A stretch of 64,000 nucleotides of DNA. Origin: Selaginella moellendorffii (lineage: Eukaryota > Plantae > Lycopodiophyta). The translations under genes were made by a program, and so were the position numbers. The stretch lies in the NCBI RefSeq assembly GCF_000143415.4, contig NW_003314318.1:930001-994000 (forward strand), in the 5' to 3' direction. Below the pieces are notes generated by a model that saw nothing but the letters and a program-made list of their open reading frames with translations, was not told the origin of the DNA and searched no databases. Position 1 is the first letter of the stretch. Each line of letters starts with the position of its first letter. This document shows, piece after piece, positions 1 to 12,744 of this stretch.

Positions 1-660
1 ACCCCATACAGGGTTCAGCTGGAGGAGGAGCAAAGGCTTGCAGTATCGCGTGGGGCCCCATGCCATCCCAGTGAATATGTTGGCCGTCAGATTGTAGGGT
101 TATCACGTGAGGCCTCATGCCATTCCGACGAGGCTGGTCGCCCGGTGAATGCACAGCCTCATCCAAACGAAGCAAAATCTCAAGGAAGTTCTTGCGGCCG
201 ATGTGGCCTTCCACCCCATCTTCTGCTCCAAACAGACAATGCTGGTAGTGAGAACAAAAACATGTACGTCTTCGCGTACTTGGCGATGCTTGTTGCCAAA
301 GGCATATTTGAAACGGTTACACTTGGCTTTCTTATGGTTGGGCACACTCATGAAGACGTCGATGCCATGTTCAGTCACCTGGCAGAGTCCCTCCGGCGAT
401 CCAATGTCCTCACCCTCCCACAACTCTACGATGAATTCCAAAATTGCATCAAAGGCACTGTTGAAGCTGCACTTCTGACAGAGGTTCCAGACTTCCAGAA
501 AAGAGATGGGTGCTGAATCCAAGGGATCCCAGCATGAGCATATCGGTGGATAATGTTGTGCATGGTTGGATGCGGAAGCAGAGTGCCACCATCACCTTGC
601 CAGACCATGCAAGAGATGCAGCAAGAGCATTCATAACCCGGGTTCAAGGTGAGATTCATT
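1..660 (+). mobile_element. Degenerate DNA-transposon transposase fragment (DUF7869/Sola-like DDD motif)
   Basis: ORF 145-516 has LQTDNAGSENKN...FLMVGHTHEDVDAMFS, the DN-x3-NKN / GHT-x4-D signature of this transposase group. The frame is interrupted downstream. Confidence 0.6.
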
Positions 661-2629
661 AATATTCCTTTACTAAGTTTCTAATGTATTTTATTTCAAA
701 GTGAACAATCCGAATCTGAATCAGAGGAGGCCTGATATAGTGTGTGAGGTAAAACAAAGATGATGTGACATATGCATTTACCAATCACACGTGCATAAAT
801 CTAATAATATGGCGTGTGGCCCATATTAATGGCACATAAACCCATATTGTGGGCTTACGTACTTTATGTACCATCATTCCCTTGCAGCGTGTGTGTTGGT
901 TTCCTTTTATAACACAACGAACTCCATATTTTAGGGTGAAGAGCATTCTCATGGCAAGCACAAAATCTGTAAGTGAGGCAGAAAAGGAGACGGAGAAGGA
1001 GATAGGTGAAGATGTAGAATATATAAGTCTTCCAAACTCCCCATACTATACTCCAGGTGATCATTTTTCTGAACAAACGGCAATATTAACAACTATCGAG
1101 AATGCCCCAGTAACGTCAGAGACAACAATCCAAAGCAAAACAACTGACCCGGAGAAGGATGATAGTACCGCTGAGAGTACCAAAAAGGAGGTGTCCACTA
1201 GCGCTTAGGCTTATAATGGCGTGTGCCCTCATGCCATTTACTTGATCACCAAATACCTTTTTCCCTTTGCACTAGTATATCTTAATACCGGTATGAGAAA
1301 TAGAATGGCATGTGCCCTCAGGCCTTTTACTAAATCACCTTTGAAAGAAATGCAAGCCTCTATGTCGTAAAAAAAAGGTACTAGAGAAATTCCTTAATAA
1401 TATGAATGTTATTTAGTTTCATGAAAATACACTAAGGGTGGTCAAATGAGTTAAATGACTTCTCCAGACTAGCAATGCCTCTTGCTACACCTTCACAATT
1501 AGATTCGTTAGAAAAAGATAACATTGAATAATATCTAAATGTTCTAATCATTAAGTGATATGTCTGGCTAATAGGAATGATGTTCATCTTGGAAAGCTCA
1601 CCACATGCTCAATGAACAAACAAATAGTGTGTGCGCGCATGCCATCGCTCTTCTTTAGCTTCAGATTCGGTTTGTTCACCTTGACAATGAGATTTATTAT
1701 ACAACCAGATGGACTCAGTCTGGACATAAAGTCACCGCGCTAGTCACCATGCCCCAGATATGTCTAGCCCCTGGACAAAAAACATATAATTTCACGTCAT
1801 TTTCAAATACTTGAAAATTTGTACCTAATCCCATTTTACTGAATAAATCCCACTTTAACGAAATAGAGCTTAAAGGTTGAATCCTTGGGTCGCCAGTCCA
1901 ATTCCGGCAGATTGAACTACAGTTTTTCAGGCCTCTCCAAGATTTTTGTGCCGCTTCTTACAAGCATGGATGGAGCATTCTAGTAGAGAAATTTTTGGAG
2001 TGATTTCTCTCTTGCGCCATTCCAGATTTTAGTCGAGCAATCAATATTTTGATAGAGCAATGTGATCCTGGGATAGGGTTTTGGCCTAATCCACCAACAA
2101 TCTCACGTCAGGTCCAGCTGATCGACATCACAAGGTTCCCAGGCCTCAACACGCAAGGGTCCATTGGGAGTGAATCGTCCCCACGTCCATCCCCGATCAT
2201 CTGAGGTCATCTATTGTCTCCAGGGACGCATCGACGCTGGGTTTGTGACGACTGCCAACAGGCTGTTCGAGAAGGTTTGATATCCCGGGGACTTGTTTAT
2301 CTTTCCTCGAGGGCTGGTCCACTTCCAGCGGATGACCCGGTCAGCGCTCCCGCTATCGTCACTCTTGGGCCTGGTCGCACGGATGTGGCTAGGGCTTTTT
2401 TCCAGACTCAAGAATCTGATAATCTGAACGAAGTGATTGAAGCAGCTCTCCAAGTTGACGGAAGTGATTGATAAGCTTCGCACCAAGAGTATTTGTTAAA
2501 GGTAAGAATTAGATTTATATAAATTACGTTTTTTTAAACTAAATCTAAAAACCCTAAATGGATAAGAGCCCAGGGATGAATCTACCTCCCTCTGGGGATA
2601 GGTATTAACTGCCAACAACAAATTGATTG

Positions 2630-2632
<3 letters not shown>

Positions 2633-2716
<84 letters not shown>
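2633..2716. repeat. (AT)n microsatellite
   Basis: Uninterrupted TA run of about 84 nt. Confidence 0.95.
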
Positions 2717-2719
<3 letters not shown>

Positions 2720-4768
2720 TATCAAATTTTATCATTAGATAACTTTCTAGAGTAATTATGAAAGAAGCAAATTTGTTGTTTTAGGAATGCCATGACAGCA
2801 AGAGCACTTGATAAATAGATTAGTTAATCCATTTAATTCTGGAAGCAGGCTCTCAACTTTAATTATCTTATTTAAAAGTGACCCATGGATGATGAGTTGC
2901 TGACATTTCTAAAAGGGCACCTACGACCAGTAATAGTCTTTTGCCATCAACAAATTATCGACTGAAACATACTATTCGTTAGGGATATACTTGAGTTTTC
3001 ATGTTTTGCACACTTCATTATGGAGGTCATAAGTTGTTGAAGTGTTGTCCTCGTCATTTGAGCGGATAGGAAGTCAAGAGAAGAAAATTCCAAATAAAAT
3101 CCTTTATTATTTTCCTTTAATCTTGTTATTGTTTACAGCTAAATACTATAGCTATTGAATTGATGCAGTGGTTTTCAAGGAACAAGTTTTTAGATAGCAA
3201 ATAGAGAAGTGTCATGGATAGTCTGATATAGCAACAAGCTAATAAAGTATTTCTAAATTTTGCTGAGGAGAGTAGGAATGTTTGGTTTAGTTTTTCCATT
3301 GATGGTATCAATCCTTATGGAAATCAGCACTAAGCACAATACATGGGTGGTGATGATTTAGATTCTTAATCTTCCACCATGGCTTACTACAATAATAATA
3401 TTTATTAAAGAATGTTTTATATAAAACACTATTTAATATGATAAACATTATAATTCAAGTTTAAAACAACAAAAAATAATGAAGCTTGATATTTGTTTAA
3501 CTCCACTTATGAAAAGTGTTGATTGTTGTAAATGTTCGTAGATATACTTATTGAGTAAATCTAGATACTTACCATAAATAATATATGAAACCAATATAGG
3601 ATCAACACATAGGGTATGATAATGAGGGTTATGAAAAGGTATTTTGTATATCTTCTCAAACAAAATAGAAGAAGAAAACTTAGGTGAAATAAAGTTATGT
3701 TTAAGCTTAGGCATCTAAAAAAAAAAGACCCCACCTAGGGAACATCTGTTATTGACAAGCGAGAAGCAGTTAGGAATGATTACAAAATCATGTAGTATAT
3801 AAATTTTTTCTCCTGCTTATAACTATTTATGTAAAGTAAAATTGAGAGAGTGATATATATATATATATCCTTACTTACGTTTTTAGGGTTCGAGGCTCAA
3901 TGCTCTTATATTCTCTTCTCATTCTTTTTATCCTATTCTCTTATCTACATTCTTGTCTTTATTTGTTTGTCATTATTTTGCAAGCAGGGGTAAGAACACG
4001 AGTATAGGCAGAAAAAGCTTTATTCACTTTTAGGATAAGTTGTTACTTTTTGGTTTGACAAATAGTTGGGAGAAAATCACTTATGAATTCCAAATGTGTC
4101 TAATACTAGGAATTACAAGTAAATATCTTTAGTGATTGCAAAAGCCCTGAATTTAGACAACACTGGATGAAGGAGATTTTTTTGCGATTATAGTGGTTTA
4201 GTGCTTAGACAATGCAAGAAAAATAGTTTTTCAACCGTCACTTAAACTATAAAACATGGGATAAGTTTGAAATTGGAGCAATTTCATGAGAAAAATCCAA
4301 AAAAAAAAAAGGAATGGAATTTGTTTGATATAGAAAAGATAATTAACTACTCTAGAATTCTTTCTTTTTGAACAAATTCTCACTTGGGCTTTTAGAGGAC
4401 ACATTTTTTAATAATGTGTCACAATTTTTCTAGGCATATACAAGCATGAAAACTAAGCATTTATAACTCTTGTTTTTTACTACAACTTGAAAAAAGTTAA
4501 AGTCAAACCTTAGTGAAGAATAAATTAGAAAATTAAATCCACTAGCTTTTTTTGGCAGACTCACAAAAAACAGGAGGGTGGGGAGGATCTGATTGAGTGG
4601 GAGCAATAGTGCATAAAAGGGAGCAACAAAATCAAGGATTTCTTTTTAGAAATGGTCACCTTGACTGGCAATTTCTTAATGGTATTGTCCCTGTTTCATT
4701 TAAAGTGTTTTTAACACGGGGGTCAAAGACTCTATTTAGGGTTCTTCATTTGAGGAGATAGGGTGGCA

Positions 4769-6202
4769 ATGGGATTCGGGCAATCTAAAATAACGAGTGG
4801 TGGAGGATCTGCACCAGGGATCCCTGACCATGGATCGGGAGGGCAAAGGAAGCTTCCGCTTATGATGGTCAGTGTTGTTATTTAGAGAGCGAGCTGATTG
4901 ATGGCTCTCTTGTAGGTGAGCACTTACTATAACAACCATATTTCGGGGAATGGGCCGAATAGGGTTCTGATGGGCCCTTTCGAAACTGCTGTGGCTCGAA
5001 AGAATCCAGAAGGCGAGTTCAAGTATACCGTAAGCATTTCTTTCATTTTTTTCATCTCTTTGATTTTAGTAATTTTTTATTTCCAGTATGGTTTTGAACT
5101 CCTCCACCTTGAAGACGAAGGAGATTTTCTGGTTGCAGTGGTTAACACGGCACGCACAAAAAACTTGGGTAAGTTTGTGTTGTGATTCTTGTATCTTTGT
5201 TTCATCTCTGTTTGTCTCCCAGCGTCTTTGAACCTTTATCTCTGGAATGTTTCTTCGTTCGATAAGCACTGCGTGCGTATTCTTTCAAACGAAGACCGGC
5301 TAACTGAAGCGAGGATTCGGTACCTCATGGAACAGTATGCGTTGCTTTTCCTCCATTTAGACCGATTTGATGAGATTACTCGTTGCAGCGTCGACGAGCT
5401 AGTACCTCCAAGAATTGAGGAGGCACGCATCAAGGCACTGTCACGAAAGGAGAAAGCAAAAGAGGAAAAGGCAAAAGCGGCAAAAGAGGACCCATTTTAC
5501 TCATCCTCCGATGAGGAGGAGGAGGAGGAGGAGGAGGATCGATATTGGAATGAGAACATCAAGGTTTGGTTGAGTTGGTTATATCACATTTGGGATTCCT
5601 TGCTGTGATTACAGCCAGAAGAGTGGCATGTTTGCAACAACACAACTCTCGTGGCCATCGCTGAGCAGCGGATATTTGTTGCTGGTCCAGGACGCTTCTC
5701 AGTTGTTATTGCTGGACCTGCTGGTGCTCGGGTAAAGCCTTACATTCTTACTTGAATCTCAGGGGATCACCCAAATCTTTTTGTAGGTGCTGTCTGAGGC
5801 GGACCCGGAAGCCTTGGATATCCAGATTTTTGAGTATGAGGTACATTTTGTCCTTGTCTTGTTTCTTAGACCAACTTTCTTTGCATGCAGCACCGGCTTG
5901 CACCCAACGAGTTTCTAGTCATGCTTCCTGAGACTTTGCATGTGTCAAAACTTGACACTGTGGCCTGGAACGAATGGGTTCAGGTTTGTCATGACTGAAT
6001 ACTTCTTGGCAGTGCTAATGACAGTTTGTCATTGCAGAGAGGATATTGGGAAGTGGCAGACAGATTGTGTGAAATGGATGACGCTAGTGAAAGCTCAGTT
6101 CTGGTGCTTCACAAGGAGGAATCTCGAGCTACCAACTCCAATAAGGTGATCAATGGGGAAGCATCATCGACGAGCCTTAGCAAGTTACAGAGCGGACATT
6201 GA
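4769..6202 (+). CDS. Multi-exon protein, probably a highly diverged PP2C-fold protein with an acidic insert
   Basis: Telo-box-like TAGGGTT upstream, ATG 4769 (MGFGQSK), and a chain of short introns keeping one frame to TGA 6200-6202 (first junction uncertain). TTLVAIAEQRIFVAGPGRFSVVI and DIQIFEYEHRLAPNEFLVML...SSVLVL resemble PP2C core strands, but the catalytic Asp motifs are absent. Confidence 0.5.
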
Positions 6203-6349
6203 AGTTGCGGGTATTGTAGACCGCGGTATATTCGTTTTTTGAGTACCGAGTATTCGATTTTATCTTTGAACAACTACGGTAGCTTCAAAGCCCTGACACG
6301 TCAGCATGTTTAAGACACGTCATCACGTTTAAGGCAACCCCACTCCTCG

Positions 6350-7165
6350 TCAACCTCCTGCTGGATGATCGCCTCCATCTCGGCATCGTAGGCGCATGAG
6401 ATTGTGGTGGAGGGCGATGAGATGGTACCTAATTAATCCCCCAGCGCTCCCACTCGCGATCGGCAGTCTCCACACACCCGCCGTAAATCTCCGTCGTGTG
6501 CGGGTGCGAGCGACCGTGTTCTTGATGCAGATCACTCTTGCCGGGCTCTTTCTTGATCCCCCTGTCCGTCATGAGCTTCCTCACCCGCTTGGCCTCCTCC
6601 CACTCCCTGTGAGCTCCGGTTCCCAGCGGATCAAGCTTGTTTTTGATCTTCATGATGATCTCTTCCACGCGCTGCGTCCGCGGAGCATCGTTCTGAGACT
6701 TGCAGCAGCGCCAACCACGTTCACCTGGAGCGGCACCATCCACCCCAATGTCGTTCGCCCCCCTGTACTGATTGAGAGCCAGGTATCCCTTCGTCGTCGC
6801 CTTGTCCTCGATCGCGTCGTAGCACACCCGAGCAAGGATCATACTTCCAAACTTCTCCGCGAACATCCCAATCTTCTCCTGGACTAGCCTCTGCGGTTTC
6901 TTGGCTTCGTCCACTGTGATGTTCCTGGATTTCTGAGCGACGAGAACGTAAGTGTCCACGTCCGGCGGCGCTGCTTCCTTGGCCAGGCGCAAGAGCATCG
7001 TCGTCCAAGCCTTCATTCTCGAAAGCATTGGATGCTGCCAACTTTTGCGTACATTCTCATCACCGCAAACGTCAGGAACGAGGGGATTTTTCTCGCCTCC
7101 GGTGCAAGCTGCTGCCCAGGCATCCTTGTTGAGGAGTTTTAAGAACGCGTCGATCTTGGGAACAT
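6350..7165 (-). pseudogene. Rearranged PPR (E-domain) gene fragment
   Basis: WEEAKRVRKLMTDRGIKKEPGKS...HPHTTEIY is a PPR E/E+ motif. MYAKVGSI and AWTTML PPR fragments lie upstream in shifted frames. Confidence 0.6.
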
Positions 7166-7366
7166 AAACCCTAAACCCTAGGCTATTCTTCCAGGCTTTA
7201 AGTTCAAAGTTTTACTTCCAAATAAGTGGCACTAGGGTCGGATTTTCTTTCGCTTGTGTGGATATAATACAGGTCTCGATTGGATCAAACTTCCTGAAAA
7301 ACAAGAGAACAAGCTTAGGCTTTAAGAAGTTAAGCTATAGTCTTTACCATGATCGAGTAAATCTCT

Positions 7367-9170
7367 TCAAACTCTTTGGCACGAGCTATGGAATTCATCG
7401 ATGGGAACGCCGCAGATGCTTACTCGCCGCCTTGCTTCTTCTCTTCTGCATGAAACAAAGCTCGCCAAAGTAGCAAAAGGAAAACAGGACGACTTACCTT
7501 CGCTCTTGCTGCTCTCCTCGTCGTCAGAGAGGACGGTCTTGTTCCTCTTCTTCTTCGCAAAAGGGAGTGGCTCGTAAAACAAGTTTGCTTGCCTCCTCCC
7601 CCTCCCCTCTGTGATGATATTACCTACATCAATTCCTTCGAGGTCCTTTTGCTTGTCTTTCTTTTTTCTCACGGCCTTGAGCTCTACAAACAAGGGACAC
7701 AACTCAGATAAGAGACATGCGTAGTCTTGGATTTGATTTACCTTTCTCCGATGAGTTCCTGTTCAATCCCTCCTTTTGCAAAATGCTCTCGAGCTCTTTA
7801 ATCAGCGAACTCTCCCGCTTTGACTCTGGCACTTGCTTCACCCGTTTGTAAACGGAAGGAGGGATACTGCGAAGAAAACAAAAAAAAATTATTACCCGTG
7901 TTGTTTGAGCAGCACAAACAAATGACTTACTTTATTCCAGAGGCCTTGATCATCTGCTTTAGTTGCTCCACGACCTTACTTACAACCGGTTTTGATTCCG
8001 GCGGTTTCGCAGCCTTCTTCTGCAATAGATGAATGATCACAGCTGAAGCGAGAGACGAGTAAAAATGTTAACTATACCTTTGGCGTCTTCTTCGCAGGAC
8101 TCTCATCACTATCGGCATTGTATTCCTTTGTATCCTCGGCCTCGGTTTCCTCTGGTTTCTTTGCGTGTACTTCATCCTTGCTCGATTTTGGGTTGCTTGA
8201 TTTTCGCTCATCCTCGTCCTCGTCCTCGGAATCCTTTACAATTGCTTTCTTCTTTCCTGACTTTCTTTTGCGGGGTTTATCCTCCTCTGAATCCTCCCTT
8301 TCAGATTCATCGGTTTCCTCCAGCTTTTTAACGAGTCTTTTCTTCTTTCTCGACTTTTCCGCGCTTTGTAGCTTTCTTTTCTTCTCTTCCTTAACTCCTG
8401 CGGCTGTCCCTGTCTCCGTCTCCAGCGCTTCCACTTCGGAAGCACTAGGCTCTTCTTCTTTAGTAACATCCGAAGTATTGAGAACCTTTTGGAAAAACAC
8501 AAATTATCAAGCCACATTGAGAAAAGGGTCTTACAAACCTCGTCAAGGAGAGACTTTACGAGTTCCTTTTTTGTGTCAAGAGCAAAATTTTGTAGACCCA
8601 AATCTTCCTCCAAAAGACGTCTAACTCGTTCGAGCTTCATGTTCCTGCAAAGGAGTCACAAGAAGGATAAGAGCAAAGGAAGAAAACCACGCGAAATAAA
8701 CGTACCGTGAGTCGGTTTTGAGATAAGAACTCCTTTTAGCGAGAGCATCTCTGATTACAGCTTCGGTGACTTCTGGATCATCAGCATTCATGATCTGGGA
8801 TGAGCAAAAAAAAAGAATGACGATCCGTCGAAACAAAAAACGAAAATAAAACTTACGTGATCCACTAGCTCCTTGATCTTCTTCTTGTGAGGATCTAGCG
8901 CAGTGGTTTCCATGCCTAGATCCTCCTCCAGCAGGCGCCGGAAGCTAACCATCGTGAGCGACCTAGATCATCGCTAAACAAATGAAAAAGAGGGTTTCCA
9001 CAGACAAGAGAAGCTTACTCGGCGTGCTCCTTGATGTAAGTCGCGCGGGCAGTGACCGCGCTCTCGACCCGCTGCGTTAGATCAAGCTCCAGCTCGCCAT
9101 CCCTTTCTTTCTCGCTTTTCTCGGCCTCCATCGCCGCGGCCGCTGCTTCCGCCATGGCCGCCATAGCCAT
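7367..9170 (-). CDS. HIRIP3-like / CHZ-domain histone chaperone
   Basis: Spliced gene with two DEK-C-like helical repeats ([11 protein letters not shown]; [11 protein letters not shown]), a K/E/S-rich linker and C-terminal [19 protein letters not shown]. The 3' end is approximate. Confidence 0.75.
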
Positions 9171-9555
9171 AGCTCCTGATTGACGGGCTTGACGGGCTTG
9201 ACGGGCCCTCCTTCCATTTTTTCAAAAGTGGCGGGCTGGGTATATTTTATAGCGCACGGAATATCCAGCCTTCTTTAACAGTAGCCCAACTTGGACGAGG
9301 ACGATGGCGCCACGTGTACCGTATGTGGCCCCCGGGCTCTCCCACATTGGTGCTAAGCGCGCTAGGGTTTTAGTTCTTCGTGGAGCGTTGGGGCGTAGCG
9401 GCGATGGCGATGCCGCGCGTGGTGACATGAGAGCTGCATCGGTGATTCCGGCTGTGTAAGTTGCGCTCCTTCTCTTCGGGCAATTGCCGAGGAATCGAGC
9501 TTCGTCCGGGCGCTGATCTTGCTGGATTGTGGCATCAGATTCTAAGGCTGGATTG

Positions 9556-11555
9556 ATGGACACGGATACGTGCAGTGGAGGGACGAGTCCTAGCTTCGCA
9601 TTTGCCTTCAATGACAGTAATTTCTCGGATCGGGTCCTCCACATTGAGATTGTCGCGGGGGCGTCTGGAGAGGCGAAGTCCTCCGGAGAGCCTTGCTCCA
9701 CAGTCGGTGCTTGGGCACGGCAGAAGAAGCGTAGGCGTGGAGCCGATGCCAAGGATAAAGGTACTCTATTTTCTTGCCTTTTTTTCTGTCTTTCGTTTGG
9801 TGTTTGTTAGTTGTGGATTTCTCGTTGATGGTTGTTTTGTTCTTTGTCTTACATTGTTTTCTCTTCTTCTCTTCTACAGCATTCGAGAATGTTTGCGTGA
9901 TGGTGGGTCTTGGTGGTGGTCAAGAGGAGCAAATTATGACCGGAACCCAACCAGAGCCAGACGACGCGGAAGAGGAAGGGGACGTCATGATCGAGGAGTC
10001 TCCTACGTCAATGGCTGGAAGTCCACCAGGTAAGTCTTGGTCCTTTGATCTTGACATGAACCAAGAAGCTATGGTTTCTTACAGCGGAAGACCAGGATCA
10101 GATGCAAAGCACCTCTTCCTGGAATTCAGAGAGTTCAACTGTGTTGCGGGTCAAAACGATTCATATCAGCTCGGCAATTCTCGCTGCTAAGAGTCGTTTT
10201 TTCTACAAAGTACGTTGTTGGGATTGCTGTTTTGAATCCTTTTCTCCTCTCTTGTTCTAAGTACCTTATGGCAGCTCTTTTCCAATGGTATGCGTGAGTC
10301 GGAGCAAAAGGCAGTTACTTTGCGCATTACCGATTCAGGTACATTGCTCGATGACCTGCGCACCACGGCGTTCTATAAGCTGGCCATTATATTGCAGAAG
10401 AGGTGCCAGTAATGGACATGTTGCAATTTATGTACACTGGCGGCTTGCAGGCAAACACAGCTCCGGCATTGCTCGACGTTTTGGTTGCGGCCGATAAGTT
10501 TGAAGTCGCAACGTGCATGCGGCACTGTAGCAGATTACTACGAGAGTTGCAAATGACTCCCGAATCGGCACTCGTGTACCTCGACTTGCCGTCATCCGTG
10601 CTTCTGCCTGATGCGGTTCAGTCACTCACAGACGCTGCGAAAGCATTCCTGGCAGATCGGTACAAAGACATTGGAAGGTTTGGAGTTCATCTTCGCTATG
10701 GTGTGACTATAAGTTACTACTGTTCGCAGGTTCCATGAGGACGTTATGCATTTACCGCTGGCCGGTTTGGAGGCCGTGCTATCCAGTGATGACCTCCAGG
10801 TTGCGTCCGAGGATGCAGTCTACGACTTTGTGCTAAAGTGGGCGAGAGCACACTACGCCAAGATAGAGGAAAGACGGGAGATCTTCCGGAGCAAACTCGT
10901 GTGGCTCATTCGCTTCCCAATGATGTCCAGCCGGAAGCTCCGAAAGGTTTTGGTTTGCAACGACATCGAGCACGACCTGGCGTCGAAGCTGGTGATGGAG
11001 GCGCTGTCTTTCAAGGCCGAGCCGCCTCACCGCCAGAAGCACATCATGGTGGAGGAGATCGTGCACAAGCGTTTCAGCGAGCGGGCTTACAAGTACAGGC
11101 CAGTCAAGGTGGTGGAGTTCGACGCACCGTATCAGCAGTGCCTGGTTTTTCTGGACCTCCGCAAGGAAGAGTGCCTGACGCTGTGGCCACAGGGACGAGT
11201 CTACTCTCAGGCATTTCATCTCGGGGGCCAGTGCTTCTTCCTCTCGGCACACTGCAGCGTGGATCAGCAAACCGCGGCTCACTGCTTTGGATTGTTCCTG
11301 GGGATGCAAGAGAAAGGCTCGGTGAGCTTTGCGGTGGAGTACGAGTTCGCGGCACGGTCCAAGCAGGAGGAGTGGAAGTTTGCTCCCAGAGTGAAGGGGA
11401 ACTACGTCTTCACCGGAGGAAAGGCTGTAGGATACAGGAACCTCTTCTCGTGCCCGTGGCAAGAGCTCATGAAGGACGACAGCGATTACTTCCATCAAAA
11501 CGTCCTCCACTTGAGAGCCGAGCTCACCATCAAGCCTCAGGGACAAGGTATGTAG
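9556..11555 (+). CDS. POB1: BTB/POZ-BACK protein, POB1/LRB family
   Basis: [15 protein letters not shown]; [22 protein letters not shown]; [18 protein letters not shown]; [13 protein letters not shown]; [13 protein letters not shown]. Short GT-AG introns. Confidence 0.92.
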
Positions 11556-11733
11556 CGAGTGATTGATTGATTGATAGAGCTACAAACCATAGAGAAAAAT
11601 TTTCGCTCTTCTTTTTCCTTCTTGACAGGAAAGATCGATACTATAGCTACGAAGAGCTTGACTTGAGAGGAGAAACTCTTCTGTGAAGTGTCTGTTATAA
11701 AGATAAAAGGCAAAACAATGAAAGGAAACTTTA

Positions 11734-12698
11734 ATGGATTCTAGGGTTTATGGCAGTGAGTGGATGGATACGGAAGGTGATCGTTCCGGCGGTGGAGAGG
11801 AAGGATCTGGGAGTAACAGATTGGAAGAAAAGGGGGATTTGGATTCCATGGCTTTGAATTCTAGGGTTTACAGCGATCCCAATGTGGAGATCAGCTCAAT
11901 ACAGAGAAAGGAGGGAGATTTTGATCACGAAGGCGCTACTGCGTTGGAATCAGGAGGAGCTGGGGACGATGGATCTTCCGCTGGTGTTTTCGCGCGAGGG
12001 GAGAGCAGTGGAACTAGTCCGGTTGAGATTATCGGCAGGGGGCGAGCGGCGGTGCTCAAGAGCGTGATCCACGACGCTGATTCCAAATTCGAGGCGGCAT
12101 TGGCGAGCCAGGACTCGCTGGCGCTCAGCATCGATCGCCTCACTCGAGGTGTGCCCTTCGATCAACTTTACCTTTGAAAAGAGGTGATGCATTGCAATTC
12201 CTTTTCGTCTCTTCTTTCTCATCGCTCTAGCTTTTTTCTTGTTGCCTGTCTCTTTTCGTTTGCATTGCTTTTGTAGTCTCTCGAGTCACAAAGTCCTTTT
12301 AACTGTTGTTTTCCTTTTTCTAGTGCTCGACAAGTTGCTAGAAGATACACCGATGCCTTTTCTCGCTCAAGACTCGGCACGAGTACACGGCCTTCGGAAG
12401 AGAGTTTTGTCACTCTCGTCCACCTTGCAGATCATCCGGGTCCGGATGAAGAACATTGAGAGCGCACTCCTCCACCAATGTAAGTTCTTTCACAGATTTC
12501 TTCTGCACTGGATCTTACATGTTTTGGGCGCTCATTTGCATTGCAGCATCCAGAAGCACTTCTCCAACCGCTGCCAAGAACTCTCCATTAATTTCCCCAA
12601 GGATCCACTCAAACTCGCCGCCCAAAGTCGCTCAAAGAACCTCGCCAAGAAGAACGCAAAGCTCATCTTCTCCAATTCCTCATTACCATTTAATTTGA
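11734..12698 (+). CDS. Snapin/BLOC-1 subunit-like coiled-coil protein
   Basis: Spliced SQDSLALSIDRLTR|VLDKLLEDTP...LRKRVLSLSSTLQIIRVRMKNIE resembles plant SNAPIN/BLOS7. The last exon is inferred. Confidence 0.7.
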
Positions 12699-12744
12699 AT
12701 TTAATTCTTAAGCCTTAGATTTATATTTCTTGGACAATCAAGAA

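Noticed and set aside
1900-3720. Possible LINE or other TE remnants and the short ORF 2214-2471
   Set aside because: Only faint motif hints in AT-rich, decayed sequence; a family call cannot be supported.
7166-7181. AAACCCTAAACCCTA as interstitial telomere
   Set aside because: Only two units; a typical promoter telo-box, like those near many gene starts here.
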